A stretch of DNA of 64,000 bases. It comes from an uncultured Gemmatimonadales bacterium (GTDB taxonomy: Bacteria > Gemmatimonadota > Gemmatimonadetes > Palauibacterales > Palauibacteraceae). Of this stretch, positions 29,060-37,549 are shown in pieces; the first letter of the stretch is position 1; every line of letters begins with the position of its first letter. The notes beneath the pieces were generated by a model. It saw only the letters and a program-made list of their open reading frames with translations, had not been told where the DNA came from and did no database searches. A program made the translations under genes and the position numbers. The stretch spans positions 480,001 through 544,000 of the forward strand of contig CAWANJ010000001.1 in assembly GCA_963783385.1 (NCBI GenBank), in the 5' to 3' direction.

Positions 29060-29515
29060 CTAGTTTGAGCCGTCCGGCTCCGCGTCCGAGACCTCGGGCC
29101 CTTCCCCGCGGAGCCGGGCCAGGGTCTCGCGCGCGTGTCGGACGTGCCGCTCCGCGTCGGGCTCCGACGGCCGGGCCTGGAGGAAGGCCGCAAGATGGCG
29201 GGCGGCCTCCTCCTCCAGTCCACGGTTGAGAAGCAGGTAGCCCACCCCATAGTGGGCGGCGGGCCGGTCGGGAGCCTCGTCCAGGACGCGTGTGTACGTC
29301 CTGAGGGCCTCGTCGGTCATTCCGATGCGGGTGTAGACGACCGCCATCTGCTCGAGCGTGGACAGGTCCCGCGGACGCTGTCGCAGGGCGAGGCGGAACG
29401 AGGTGAGCGCCTCGTGGAATCGCTCCTTCCGGGCCAGCTCGACTCCCTCGGCGTAGTAGTCCGGCCGATCCCCGGACTCGTTGTCCCCGGAATTCCAGAA
29501 GCGCCACCAGCTCAT
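29060..29515 (-). CDS. Tetratricopeptide repeat protein
   Basis: Three TPR-like helical repeats (YYAEGV...EAL...AL..P). Confidence 0.85.
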   Translation of the reverse strand: MSWWRFWNSGDNESGDRPDYYAEGVELARKERFHEALTSFRLALRQRPRDLSTLEQMAVVYTRIGMTDEALRTYTRVLDEAPDRPAAHYGVGYLLLNRGLEEEAARHLAAFLQARPSEPDAERHVRHARETLARLRGEGPEVSDAEPDGSN

Positions 29516-29546
29516 GGCGAACCCCTCCTCACCACCTCGGCCCGCC

Positions 29547-29909
29547 TCACTCGTCGACCAGGGGCGGGGGAGGCACCAGGGCGAGGTTGTACAGGAAGGC
29601 CAGCGCGCCGCCGATGAAGAAGCCGTACGCCCACGCCCACAGCGCGCCCACGAAGGCGCCGGGCAGTGTGGGGGCGTAGCCGAACAGGAGGCCGGACAGG
29701 GGTGCGAGGCGCGCCGGATCGCCGGGGCCGACCAGGAACAGTACGGTCACGGCGAACACGACCGCGCTCGAAACCGCCGCCGACGCTGTGGCCAACGCCC
29801 GGGTGTTGAGCCGCATGTCCGTCTTCCCGAGGAGTGCGAGTCGCTCGCTGACCCGGCCGCCCGCGAGCCGGGCGCGTGGCAAACTAGCCGCGCCCATCAC
29901 GGGCGGCAA
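29547..29909 (-). CDS. Hypothetical membrane protein (start uncertain)
   Basis: MRLNTRALA...GALWAWAYGFFIGGALAFLYN hydrophobic helices. Confidence 0.65.
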   Translation of the reverse strand: MPPVMGAASLPRARLAGGRVSERLALLGKTDMRLNTRALATASAAVSSAVVFAVTVLFLVGPGDPARLAPLSGLLFGYAPTLPGAFVGALWAWAYGFFIGGALAFLYNLALVPPPPLVDE

Positions 29910-29930
29910 CGCACCACGGGGCCCCTCCGC

Positions 29931-30611
29931 TCAGCGCCGGAGGGCCACGATCGCGGCTTCCTCGGCCGCCACCACCTCGAGCGGGAGATCGGCCGTTGCT
30001 TCGAGGGTCTCGGACGTGGGCCGAAGCACGATCACCCGCCCGCCCGGCCGCACCGTCCGGGTCGCCTCCGCGAGGGCCTCGGTGCCGCCGCCCCGAAGGG
30101 CGGCACCCCGCAACCGCAGGTCGCGCAGGGGGAGGCACGCCTCCGACACGCCGACCGCCGAGCTCACGCGGGGCGCGGAGACGACGGCCTCCCGGGCGTC
30201 GACCAGCGCGAGCAGCTCGACGCCCGGAGCCAGCTCTGCCGTACCCGCGGCCGCGCCGGACAGGCCCTGACCCAGGAGCACGAAGCCGCCCCTCTCCCGG
30301 AGGTCGAGCAGCGCCGCCAGGCGCAGGGCATCGTCCGAACCCGCCCCGCCCCCGCCCCCGGCCCCTACGGCCGCTCGGTCGGCCGCGGCGGAGCGGGTGG
30401 CCGAGGTCTCGGCCGCGGCTTCCCCTTCCGGAACGGACTCCGTCCCGAAGTCGATCACGCCCCCACGGATCGGGAACCGCGACTCGCACGTGGGGCAGGA
30501 CAGGAACCCCTCCAGGACGCGGCGGCGCTCGATGCGGTCGACGGACACGACCACCCCGTGCCGCGGTCCGCAGGAGGGGCAGGCGAGCAGCTCGGAAAGC
30601 TCCAGGTGCAT
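29931..30611 (-). CDS. Trm112-family zinc-ribbon domain fused to a degenerate methyltransferase-like domain
   Basis: ELLACPSC...EGFLSCPTC..FPIRGGVIDF; C-terminal LPLRD...EATRTVRPGGRV. Confidence 0.7.
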   Translation of the reverse strand: MHLELSELLACPSCGPRHGVVVSVDRIERRRVLEGFLSCPTCESRFPIRGGVIDFGTESVPEGEAAAETSATRSAAADRAAVGAGGGGGAGSDDALRLAALLDLRERGGFVLLGQGLSGAAAGTAELAPGVELLALVDAREAVVSAPRVSSAVGVSEACLPLRDLRLRGAALRGGGTEALAEATRTVRPGGRVIVLRPTSETLEATADLPLEVVAAEEAAIVALRR

Positions 30612-30651
30612 CAGCCGATCCGACGCGCCGCTCGGGGCTCCGGGGTCCGGG

Positions 30652-31248
30652 TCAGGAGATGAACTGCGGCGAGAGAACGAGCCGGAGGAACTCCTCCCTC
30701 GTTCTCGGATCCGAGCGGAAGTTGCCCCGCACCGCGCTCGTGATCGTCTTGCTGTTCTGCTTCTCCACGCCGCGCATCATCATGCACAGGTGGTACGCCT
30801 CGACGATGACCCCGACGCCGCGCGGGGCGAGGGCCTCCTCCACGGCTCCGGCGATCTGCTCGGTGAGGCGCTCCTGGACCTGGAGCCGCCGGGCGAACAC
30901 CTCGACCAGGCGGGGGATCTTGCTCAGCCCGACGATGCGACCATCCGGAATGTAGGCCACGTGCGCCTTCCCGAAGAAGGGCAACATGTGATGCTCGCAC
31001 AGCGAGTAGAGCTCGATGTCCTTGACCAGGACCATGCTGTCGTGCTCGTCCTGGAAGATGGCGCCGTTCACCGCGTCCGTGACGCTCATCTCGTAGCCAC
31101 GCGTCAACCAGCGCAGCGAGCGCGCCACCCGCTCGGGGGTCTTCTCGAGGCCGTCGCGCTCCGGATCCTCGCCCAGCTCGCGGAGCTGGTCCCGGATCAG
31201 CGCCTCCAGCGGATCGGCGCCCCCCGCCCTCTCATCTCGTTCACTCAC
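30652..31248 (-). CDS. folE: GTP cyclohydrolase I
   Basis: [48 protein letters not shown]. Confidence 0.97.
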   Translation of the reverse strand: MSERDERAGGADPLEALIRDQLRELGEDPERDGLEKTPERVARSLRWLTRGYEMSVTDAVNGAIFQDEHDSMVLVKDIELYSLCEHHMLPFFGKAHVAYIPDGRIVGLSKIPRLVEVFARRLQVQERLTEQIAGAVEEALAPRGVGVIVEAYHLCMMMRGVEKQNSKTITSAVRGNFRSDPRTREEFLRLVLSPQFIS

Positions 31249-31654
31249 CTCGATACTCCACGTAGTTGCGCTGCGTCTCGAACAGCCGGACCGACACCAG
31301 CCGCCCACCGTCCAGCTGGCCGTCGAGCCTGCGCCAGATCTGTACCGCGAGGTTCTCCGCCGTGGGATTCACGCCGCTCATCCAGGGCACGTCCACGTTG
31401 AGGTTGGCGTGGTCCACGTCCTCGATGACCATCTCCCGAACCAGGTCCCGCAGCCTCTTCAGGTCGATGACGAAGCCGGTCTCGGAATCCACCTCGCCCT
31501 CCACCGTGACCTCGAGGTCGTAGTTGTGGCCGTGCCCGGTCGGGTTGCTGCACGCCCCGAACACCTCGCGGTTGCGGGCCTCGTCGTAGGACGGATTGTG
31601 GAGGCGGTGACCGGCCGAGAAGTGCAGCCGGCGGGTGACGCGAACTCTGGGCAT
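31241..31654 (-). CDS. ptpS: 6-pyruvoyl-tetrahydropterin synthase family (QueD/PTPS; PTPS-II type motif)
   Basis: [40 protein letters not shown]. Confidence 0.9.
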   Translation of the reverse strand: MPRVRVTRRLHFSAGHRLHNPSYDEARNREVFGACSNPTGHGHNYDLEVTVEGEVDSETGFVIDLKRLRDLVREMVIEDVDHANLNVDVPWMSGVNPTAENLAVQIWRRLDGQLDGGRLVSVRLFETQRNYVEYRGE

Positions 31655-31755
31655 GGTATCGAGCTCCTCGGTGGGCCGAACCGACCGCCGGCGAGGCCGC
31701 GTCGGACCCCGTGCGGGCGCTGGAACGCCGTGCGGAAGATCGAGGTCCCGCGTGC

Positions 31756-31790
31756 AAATGAAGAGAGGGTGGCGCGAACGCCACCCTCCC
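31756..31790 (-). terminator. Intrinsic terminator-like hairpin after the 6S RNA candidate
   Basis: GGGAGGGTGGCG-TTCG-CGCCACCCTCTC followed by TTCATTT. Confidence 0.7.
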
Positions 31791-31943
31791 GGTCGCATGC
31801 GAGGGGATTTTTCGAGACCCGTCTCTCAGTTTGTGTCTCCTCCTCCCGGCTTGCCGCCTTCCCTCGAAGGGCGTGACGTCCGCCGCGAGATCGGAGAGAT
31901 CGATCTCAAGTGTTGGCTCAAAATACTACCTCACACCAACCAC
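31790..31943 (-). ncRNA. ssrS: 6S RNA (SsrS) candidate
   Basis: 5' GGTTG-GTGTGAGG...ATTTTGAG pairs with 3' CTCGAAAAAT..CCTCGCAT-G-CGACC; central bubble TGAGCCAACACTT / CACAAACTGAGAGACGGGTCTC resembles 6S motifs; own promoter and terminator. Confidence 0.75.
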
Positions 31944-31947
31944 GTGG

Positions 31948-31976
31948 ACGCTAGCATCGCGGCGTGGCCGAGTCAA
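31948..31976 (-). promoter_or_regulatory. Sigma70-type promoter of the 6S RNA candidate
   Basis: TTGACT-17 bp-TAGCGT with extended -10 TG. Confidence 0.7.
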
Positions 31977-31983
31977 CGGCGTC

Positions 31984-33471
31984 CTAGAGCATGAGCCAGC
32001 CGCCCACGACCGCGAAGCCGAGGATGGCCACGCCCGCCACCGTCAGCGCGTAGGGGAGCTGCGTGCGCACGTGCTCGATGTGATCGCAGGCGGAGGCCAA
32101 CGAGGCGATGATCGTCGTGTCACTGATGGGGCTGCAGTGGTCGCCGAAGATCCCGCCGGACAACACGGCGGCCAGGAACGGGGCCACGGGGGCCGCCAGA
32201 CCGGTGGCCATCGGAACGGCCACCGGCAGCATGATCGCGAACGTGCCCCAGCTGCTCCCGGTGGAGAAGGAGATCGTGCCGGAAACGGCGAACAGGAGAG
32301 GAAGGAGGACGGGCGGGGGCACCCGACCCACCACCGCGCCGGCCACGTACTGGCCGGTCCCCAGCACGCGGGTCACCTGTCCCAGCGCCAGGGCCAGCAG
32401 GAGGATGAAGGCCATCCCCACCAGCTTTCCCGCGCCTTCCAGGCTCGCCTCGCCCACCCTGTCGGCACTCAAGCGCCCCCGCGCCAGGCTGACGATCCAG
32501 GCCGCCGCCAGGCCGGCCAGGACGGCCCACAGGACGCTGGTCGACCCGGAGCCCTGGATGAGGTCGCCGTGGCCGGTCACCAGCATCCCGATCGGCATGG
32601 TCGCCACCATGATGCCGATCGGCAGGAGCATGTCGAGCGCCCGCGGCCCGGCGACGGCTCGGCCGCTCCGCTCTCCTTCGCCTCCCGCGCCGGTCCCAGA
32701 TCCCACGTCGACCGTCTCTCCGAGGACCGCTCTCAGCTCTCGGTCGCCGACCCCACCCCCGGTGGCGGGCCCCGGTCCGACCGCGCCCTCCGCCGCGGCC
32801 CGCTCCGCCCTGCGCATGGGGCCCCAATCGAGTCCCAGCCCGGCGCTCAGGGCCGCCAGGGTCAGGGCACCGAAGGCGTAGAAGTTGAGCGGCAACGCCT
32901 CGGCGAACACGGCGATGGGGTGGTCCACCCCCAGCCCCCCGAGCAGACCCAGCACGTAGGCGCCCCACGCGTTGAACGGAACGAGGATGCACACCGGCGC
33001 GCAGGTCGAGTCCACCAGGTAGGCGAGCTTCTGTCGGGAGACGTGGAACCGGTCGAACAGCGGTCGGCAGACGGAACCGGTGACGAGGATCGAGATGTTG
33101 GACTCGATGAACAGCGACAACCCCACCGCCCACGCCAGGAGCTGAGCGCTCCTCCGTCCCCGGATCCAGCTGCGGCCCTCGGCCCAGTGCACGAAGCCCC
33201 GCACACCGCCGTTGGCCTCCACGACCGCGACCAGCGAGCCGATGAGAAGCGTGAACACCAGCACCCGCGCGTTGTCGGCCACGCCGAGGACCGCGATGGA
33301 GGCGTCGATCGCCCTGGCAAGGCCGGCGAGCGGGTTCCAGGAGGCGGCGATCGTCCAGCCGAGCCAGATGCCGGCGGCCAGCGACAGATACACGCGGCGA
33401 CTGTAGATGGCCAGGCCGATGGCCAGGAGGGGCGGGAGGAGGGACGGAAAGCCGACCGCGTGGACCGTCAC
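31984..33471 (-). CDS. Na+/H+ antiporter NhaC family transporter
   Basis: SLLPPLLAI, LAYLVDST.AP, SFSTGSSWGTF, GIFGDHCSPISDTTI, HVRTQLPYA. Confidence 0.93.
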   Translation of the reverse strand: MTVHAVGFPSLLPPLLAIGLAIYSRRVYLSLAAGIWLGWTIAASWNPLAGLARAIDASIAVLGVADNARVLVFTLLIGSLVAVVEANGGVRGFVHWAEGRSWIRGRRSAQLLAWAVGLSLFIESNISILVTGSVCRPLFDRFHVSRQKLAYLVDSTCAPVCILVPFNAWGAYVLGLLGGLGVDHPIAVFAEALPLNFYAFGALTLAALSAGLGLDWGPMRRAERAAAEGAVGPGPATGGGVGDRELRAVLGETVDVGSGTGAGGEGERSGRAVAGPRALDMLLPIGIMVATMPIGMLVTGHGDLIQGSGSTSVLWAVLAGLAAAWIVSLARGRLSADRVGEASLEGAGKLVGMAFILLLALALGQVTRVLGTGQYVAGAVVGRVPPPVLLPLLFAVSGTISFSTGSSWGTFAIMLPVAVPMATGLAAPVAPFLAAVLSGGIFGDHCSPISDTTIIASLASACDHIEHVRTQLPYALTVAGVAILGFAVVGGWLML

Positions 33472-34547
33472 GATCCGTCCAGGGCTTCGCCCAGCACGCG
33501 GCGGAGGTTCCTGCCCAGAAAGGCGCCCAGGTCATCCGCCGACCATCCGGCCCCGGCCAGCGCGGTGGTCAGCTCCGGGAGGTCGCGAACGTCCCGAAGG
33601 CCCCGGGGCAGCGCCGGCACGCCATTGAAGTCGCTCCCCAGGGCGACGCCCGCGGGACCGGCCACGCGCCTCACCCACTCCACGTGCTCGACCAGGCGCG
33701 AGAGCGGCGGCGGGTTCAGGCGCTCGCGCACGGCCCGGTCGAAGGCCCGCCGCCTGTCGCGGGTCGAGAGATCGCTGCCGAGCTCGGCCCGGAGAGCCCC
33801 GAAGGCCCGCCCGTAGGCCTCGTCCAGATAGGCCGGAAAGAAGACCACTCCGGTGACGCCTCCCGATGCCGTGAGCGCCTCGATCAGCTCGTCCGGTAGA
33901 TTCCGCGGATGGTCGGCCACGGCGCGGGCCCCGGAGTGCGAAGCCAGCATACCGCCGCCGGCCACCTCGATCGCCGCCGCGGCGGCCCGGTCGGAGGCGT
34001 GGCTGACGTCCACGGCCATCCCGAGCGTGCGGGCGCGCTCGACGACCCTCCGCCCGAACCGCGTGAGTCCGCCATGCACCGGCTCCGCTCCGGCCGCGTC
34101 GGCCCATGCCGTGGGACGCATCCAGGTGAGCGTCAGGCAGCGGGCCCCGACCTCGTGCATACGGTCGAGCGCCGAGAGATCGTCCTCGATCCCGTAGCCT
34201 CCCTCCACGCCCGGGACCACGGCGACCTCGCCCGCCTCCCGGGCGGTGTCCAGGTCGGCGGCACGCTCCACCCGGCGCACCCCCGCGCTGCGGTCGGCCC
34301 ACTCCCGCAGGGCTTCGAGACCCGCGAGGGTCCGCCTCAACGACTCGCCGAGCGCCGGGTCGATCCACACGGCGAAGATGCCGCCGTCGAAGCCGCCCTC
34401 TCGCATCCGCGGGAGATCGAGATGCCCCCCCTCGAGCCGATCGGCGGGATCCTCGCCCTCGAGCACGCGCAGGGCGAGGTCGTTGTGACCGTCCAGCACG
34501 AGGGCATCCCGGTGAAAGGCCCGCGCGTCGAACTCGGGTGCGCTCAC
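33468..34547 (-). CDS. Membrane dipeptidase (peptidase M19)
   Basis: DGHND, HLDLPR, VEGG, DVSH, ASHS...HPRN, GSDFNG. Confidence 0.9.
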   Translation of the reverse strand: MSAPEFDARAFHRDALVLDGHNDLALRVLEGEDPADRLEGGHLDLPRMREGGFDGGIFAVWIDPALGESLRRTLAGLEALREWADRSAGVRRVERAADLDTAREAGEVAVVPGVEGGYGIEDDLSALDRMHEVGARCLTLTWMRPTAWADAAGAEPVHGGLTRFGRRVVERARTLGMAVDVSHASDRAAAAAIEVAGGGMLASHSGARAVADHPRNLPDELIEALTASGGVTGVVFFPAYLDEAYGRAFGALRAELGSDLSTRDRRRAFDRAVRERLNPPPLSRLVEHVEWVRRVAGPAGVALGSDFNGVPALPRGLRDVRDLPELTTALAGAGWSADDLGAFLGRNLRRVLGEALDGS

Positions 34548-35170
34548 CGCCGGGAGACCCAGTCGTTGCCGTGCTCGTAGAAGCGAAGCTCGAGGTTCGC
34601 CGCCTTCGAGATCCCGACGCGCGTCGTGGTGACCACGTCGGCGTCAGCCACCGGCCGCTCCCCGGCCAGGATGCGCAGGGGTGCTCGCTGCAGTGGGTGC
34701 CGCTGGAGCTCCGGGCCGACCCCGAGGGCCTCGGTCAGCCGGGCGGGACCGTTGGTGAGCTCGGGGCGCCCGCGGCGCCGCTGCATGATCTCCAGACCCA
34801 GCGTGGGCTCCAGGGCGCGGATCAGCACACCGGCGGGACGACCCTCCGCCGTGGTGACGGCGTTGAGGCACCAGTGGATGCCATAGTTCAGGTGGATGTA
34901 GGCCGTTCCGGGGGGACCGAACAGCGGGTCGTTCCGCCGGGTGCGCCCGATCGACTCGGCTGCGTGCGACGCCGGATCCTCGGGGCCCGTGTAGGCCTCC
35001 GTCTCCACGATGCGACCGGCCGTGCACTCCCCCCCGGCGTCGGACAGGAGCACACGGCCGAGAAGGTCGCGCGCCACCTCGGCGGCGGGTCGAGCGTAGA
35101 AGTCCGGAGGCAGGACCCGGTCCGGGGGCCGCCGGACCGCTCGACCCTCCGCCGGGGCGCCGGAGCTCAC
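34544..35170 (-). CDS. mpg: DNA-3-methyladenine glycosylase (MPG/AAG family)
   Basis: GRIVETEAY..DPASH, YGIHWCLN, VLIRALEP, NGPARL, RVGIS. Confidence 0.95.
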   Translation of the reverse strand: MSSGAPAEGRAVRRPPDRVLPPDFYARPAAEVARDLLGRVLLSDAGGECTAGRIVETEAYTGPEDPASHAAESIGRTRRNDPLFGPPGTAYIHLNYGIHWCLNAVTTAEGRPAGVLIRALEPTLGLEIMQRRRGRPELTNGPARLTEALGVGPELQRHPLQRAPLRILAGERPVADADVVTTTRVGISKAANLELRFYEHGNDWVSRR

Positions 35171-37275
35171 ACCTCGTCCGGCGACCCGGCGTCGTGGCGC
35201 TCCGCTTCGCGAGCTTCGATGACCGCCTGTGCCCGATGCTCCGGGAGCACATTCGTGATCCGATCAGGCTGCTCGTCGATCACCGTGAACACCTCGGGCC
35301 CGAACGCGTCCACCAGCGCCTCGGCGGTCTTGCGGCCCACGCCAGCGTAGTTCTTCACCATGTGCTCGACGACGTCGCCGCCCTCCGACGATCCCGCGCC
35401 GGAGTCGCCCGTCGTGTCCGCGCCCGTGGAAGCGGCGTCCCGTTGCGACGCTTGCCGCTCGGGAGCCGGGGCGCCCCGACGTCCGCCTCGTCGGCCCAGG
35501 CTGATGCCGCGCCGCTCCCGACCGCTCCCCGGCTCGGAGCTCGAAGCCGTCGACGCCTCGGCGGCCGGAGCCGGCTCCGTCGCCGCGTCGGCCTCGTCCG
35601 CCCCGGACGCCCCGGAGTCCACCGGCCCCGGAAGATGCGTATCCGAGCCACCATCGGCGCTGCCACCGCGGCTTCCACGCCGGAATCGCCCGAGGCCACG
35701 CCCGCGGCGTCCGCCACGGGCCGGCTGATCCTCCCGCCTCTCCTGGCTCTCGGGGGCGGCGGAGGCTGCCTCGGTCTCCTGCTGCGCTTCCCCGGGAGCC
35801 TCGGTGCGCGACCTCGCCATCGACTCGGCCGCCGCGCTGGCCGTCGTCGGCTCGTGGCGCTCACCGACCGTCTCGGACTCCGCGGCCGGCTCGGTGGGCT
35901 CCGGTCTGGAGGGCTCCGCCTCCGCAGGCGCGTGGCGCTCCCGCTGGCCTCGTTCGCGCTGCTCCCGCTGGCCGCCCCGTCGGTCCCGCCGACGGTGCTG
36001 GCCTTCGGCGCGAGTCCGGCCCCCCCGGCTGTCCCCGGCGGAGGGCCCGCCGGAGTCCGTTTCGCCCGTGCCGTCGGTGCTCACGTGGTAGTTGCCGTCT
36101 TCATCCGTCTCAAGGTCCACGACGCCTTCGTCGCTGGCCTGGCGCAGGAAGCGGCTGAACTTGCTGAAGCCGAGGGACGCCTCGTCGAAGCGCTCGTTCT
36201 CTTCGAGGAGGGCGCGCTTGACCTCGGAGTCGCGAACCGAGCCTCCATCCTCGGACAGACGGGAGACCACGTCGCGCAGGAGGTCGTACGCCCGCTTGAG
36301 GGCGGAGGCGTCCACGACGTCGTCGCGGGTCTCGGAAGCCGACGGCGCCGCGGCACGCTCGGATGGTTGCGAGGACCGGGACTCCCCTCGACCGCCGCCC
36401 GAGGTGCGCTCGCGCCCCCCGCGGCGACCCCGACGGCCCCTCTCACCACTCCGGCCGGAGCTCCCGCCGCTGGCGGAGCCGCTCGACCGTCCCGAGCCGC
36501 CCCGCCCGTCGGCCGGGCCGACTTCGTACTGTCCGTTCTCGATCCTCTGCAGACGAAGGAGCCCCTTCGAGCTGGCTTCGGCCAGGAACCGGTTGAACTT
36601 GCTGTAGCCGTATTCCTTCTCATCGAAGCCGGAGTCGATCTCGAGCATCACCTGCTTGAGCCGGTCGGAGCGCATGACGTCGTCCCGCTCCACCATCTTC
36701 TTCACGGCCATCGCGACCAGCTCCCATGGGTCGTGGCTGATCGTCTCGAGCTGGGAGGCCTCGGTCAGGCCCGAGAGGCTGTTGTAGCTGTAGTACTCGT
36801 CGCAGTTCTGCACGAGCAGGTCGGAGGTGGACTCCTGCAGCCCCACCCCGATCACGTACTTGCCGTACTCCTTGAGCTTGAGCACCAGGCTCGAGAAGTC
36901 GGAGTCGCCCGACAGGAGGATGAAGGTCCCGATCTCGGGCCGCGTGAACACGAGCTCCGTCGCGTCGATCGCCAGCCGGATGTCGGTGGCGTTCTTCTTG
37001 GACGAGCCGTAGGCCGGAGCGAAGATCAGGTCGATCGACGCCTCGGAGAGCGGCACGATGTACTGCGGGTACCGGCGCCAGTCGGCGTAGGCCCTCTGGA
37101 CCGACACCTTGCCGCGGATGATGTCGGAGTTGAGGAAGTTGCGGAGCTCCTGGCCCAGATTGGACCGGATCGCCATGGTGACGTTGTCGAAATCGATCAT
37201 GAGGGCCGCGTTGGGGGATGACCCGACGGGCCCGGTCGAGCGCCGGTGAGGCGCCCGGGTGTACTGCTCGTTCAT
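35167..37275 (-). CDS. NYN (PIN-fold) domain protein with two OST-HTH/LOTUS domains, long disordered region and C-terminal HhH
   Basis: IDFDN, RAYADW, KNATDIRL, SGDSDF; FDEKEYGYSKF and FDEASLGFSKF; GVGRKTAEALVDAFG. Confidence 0.88.
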   Translation of the reverse strand: MNEQYTRAPHRRSTGPVGSSPNAALMIDFDNVTMAIRSNLGQELRNFLNSDIIRGKVSVQRAYADWRRYPQYIVPLSEASIDLIFAPAYGSSKKNATDIRLAIDATELVFTRPEIGTFILLSGDSDFSSLVLKLKEYGKYVIGVGLQESTSDLLVQNCDEYYSYNSLSGLTEASQLETISHDPWELVAMAVKKMVERDDVMRSDRLKQVMLEIDSGFDEKEYGYSKFNRFLAEASSKGLLRLQRIENGQYEVGPADGRGGSGRSSGSASGGSSGRSGERGRRGRRGGRERTSGGGRGESRSSQPSERAAAPSASETRDDVVDASALKRAYDLLRDVVSRLSEDGGSVRDSEVKRALLEENERFDEASLGFSKFSRFLRQASDEGVVDLETDEDGNYHVSTDGTGETDSGGPSAGDSRGGRTRAEGQHRRRDRRGGQREQRERGQRERHAPAEAEPSRPEPTEPAAESETVGERHEPTTASAAAESMARSRTEAPGEAQQETEAASAAPESQERREDQPARGGRRGRGLGRFRRGSRGGSADGGSDTHLPGPVDSGASGADEADAATEPAPAAEASTASSSEPGSGRERRGISLGRRGGRRGAPAPERQASQRDAASTGADTTGDSGAGSSEGGDVVEHMVKNYAGVGRKTAEALVDAFGPEVFTVIDEQPDRITNVLPEHRAQAVIEAREAERHDAGSPDEV

Positions 37276-37549
37276 GGTACCTCTCGCATGATGACGTGCT
37301 TGTCAGTGCGTGCCCCCGGGGCGGACACTCCGCCCGGGAGGGCGAGAGGCTTCCCGACCTCGCCTCCGAACTCCGGTCCGTCCGAGGACGGTCCGGCGGA
37401 GGGGACGGTACGGGAAGACCCCCGCTGCATCGAACTCCGGCGCTCCACGGTCTTCGGACCGTGAGCGCTCCGTCGCGCCGCCGCCCCGAACGGGCGATGG
37501 CGGGCGACCGCCGCGACTGCCCGGAGCTTCCGACCCGGAGGTCGAACGC

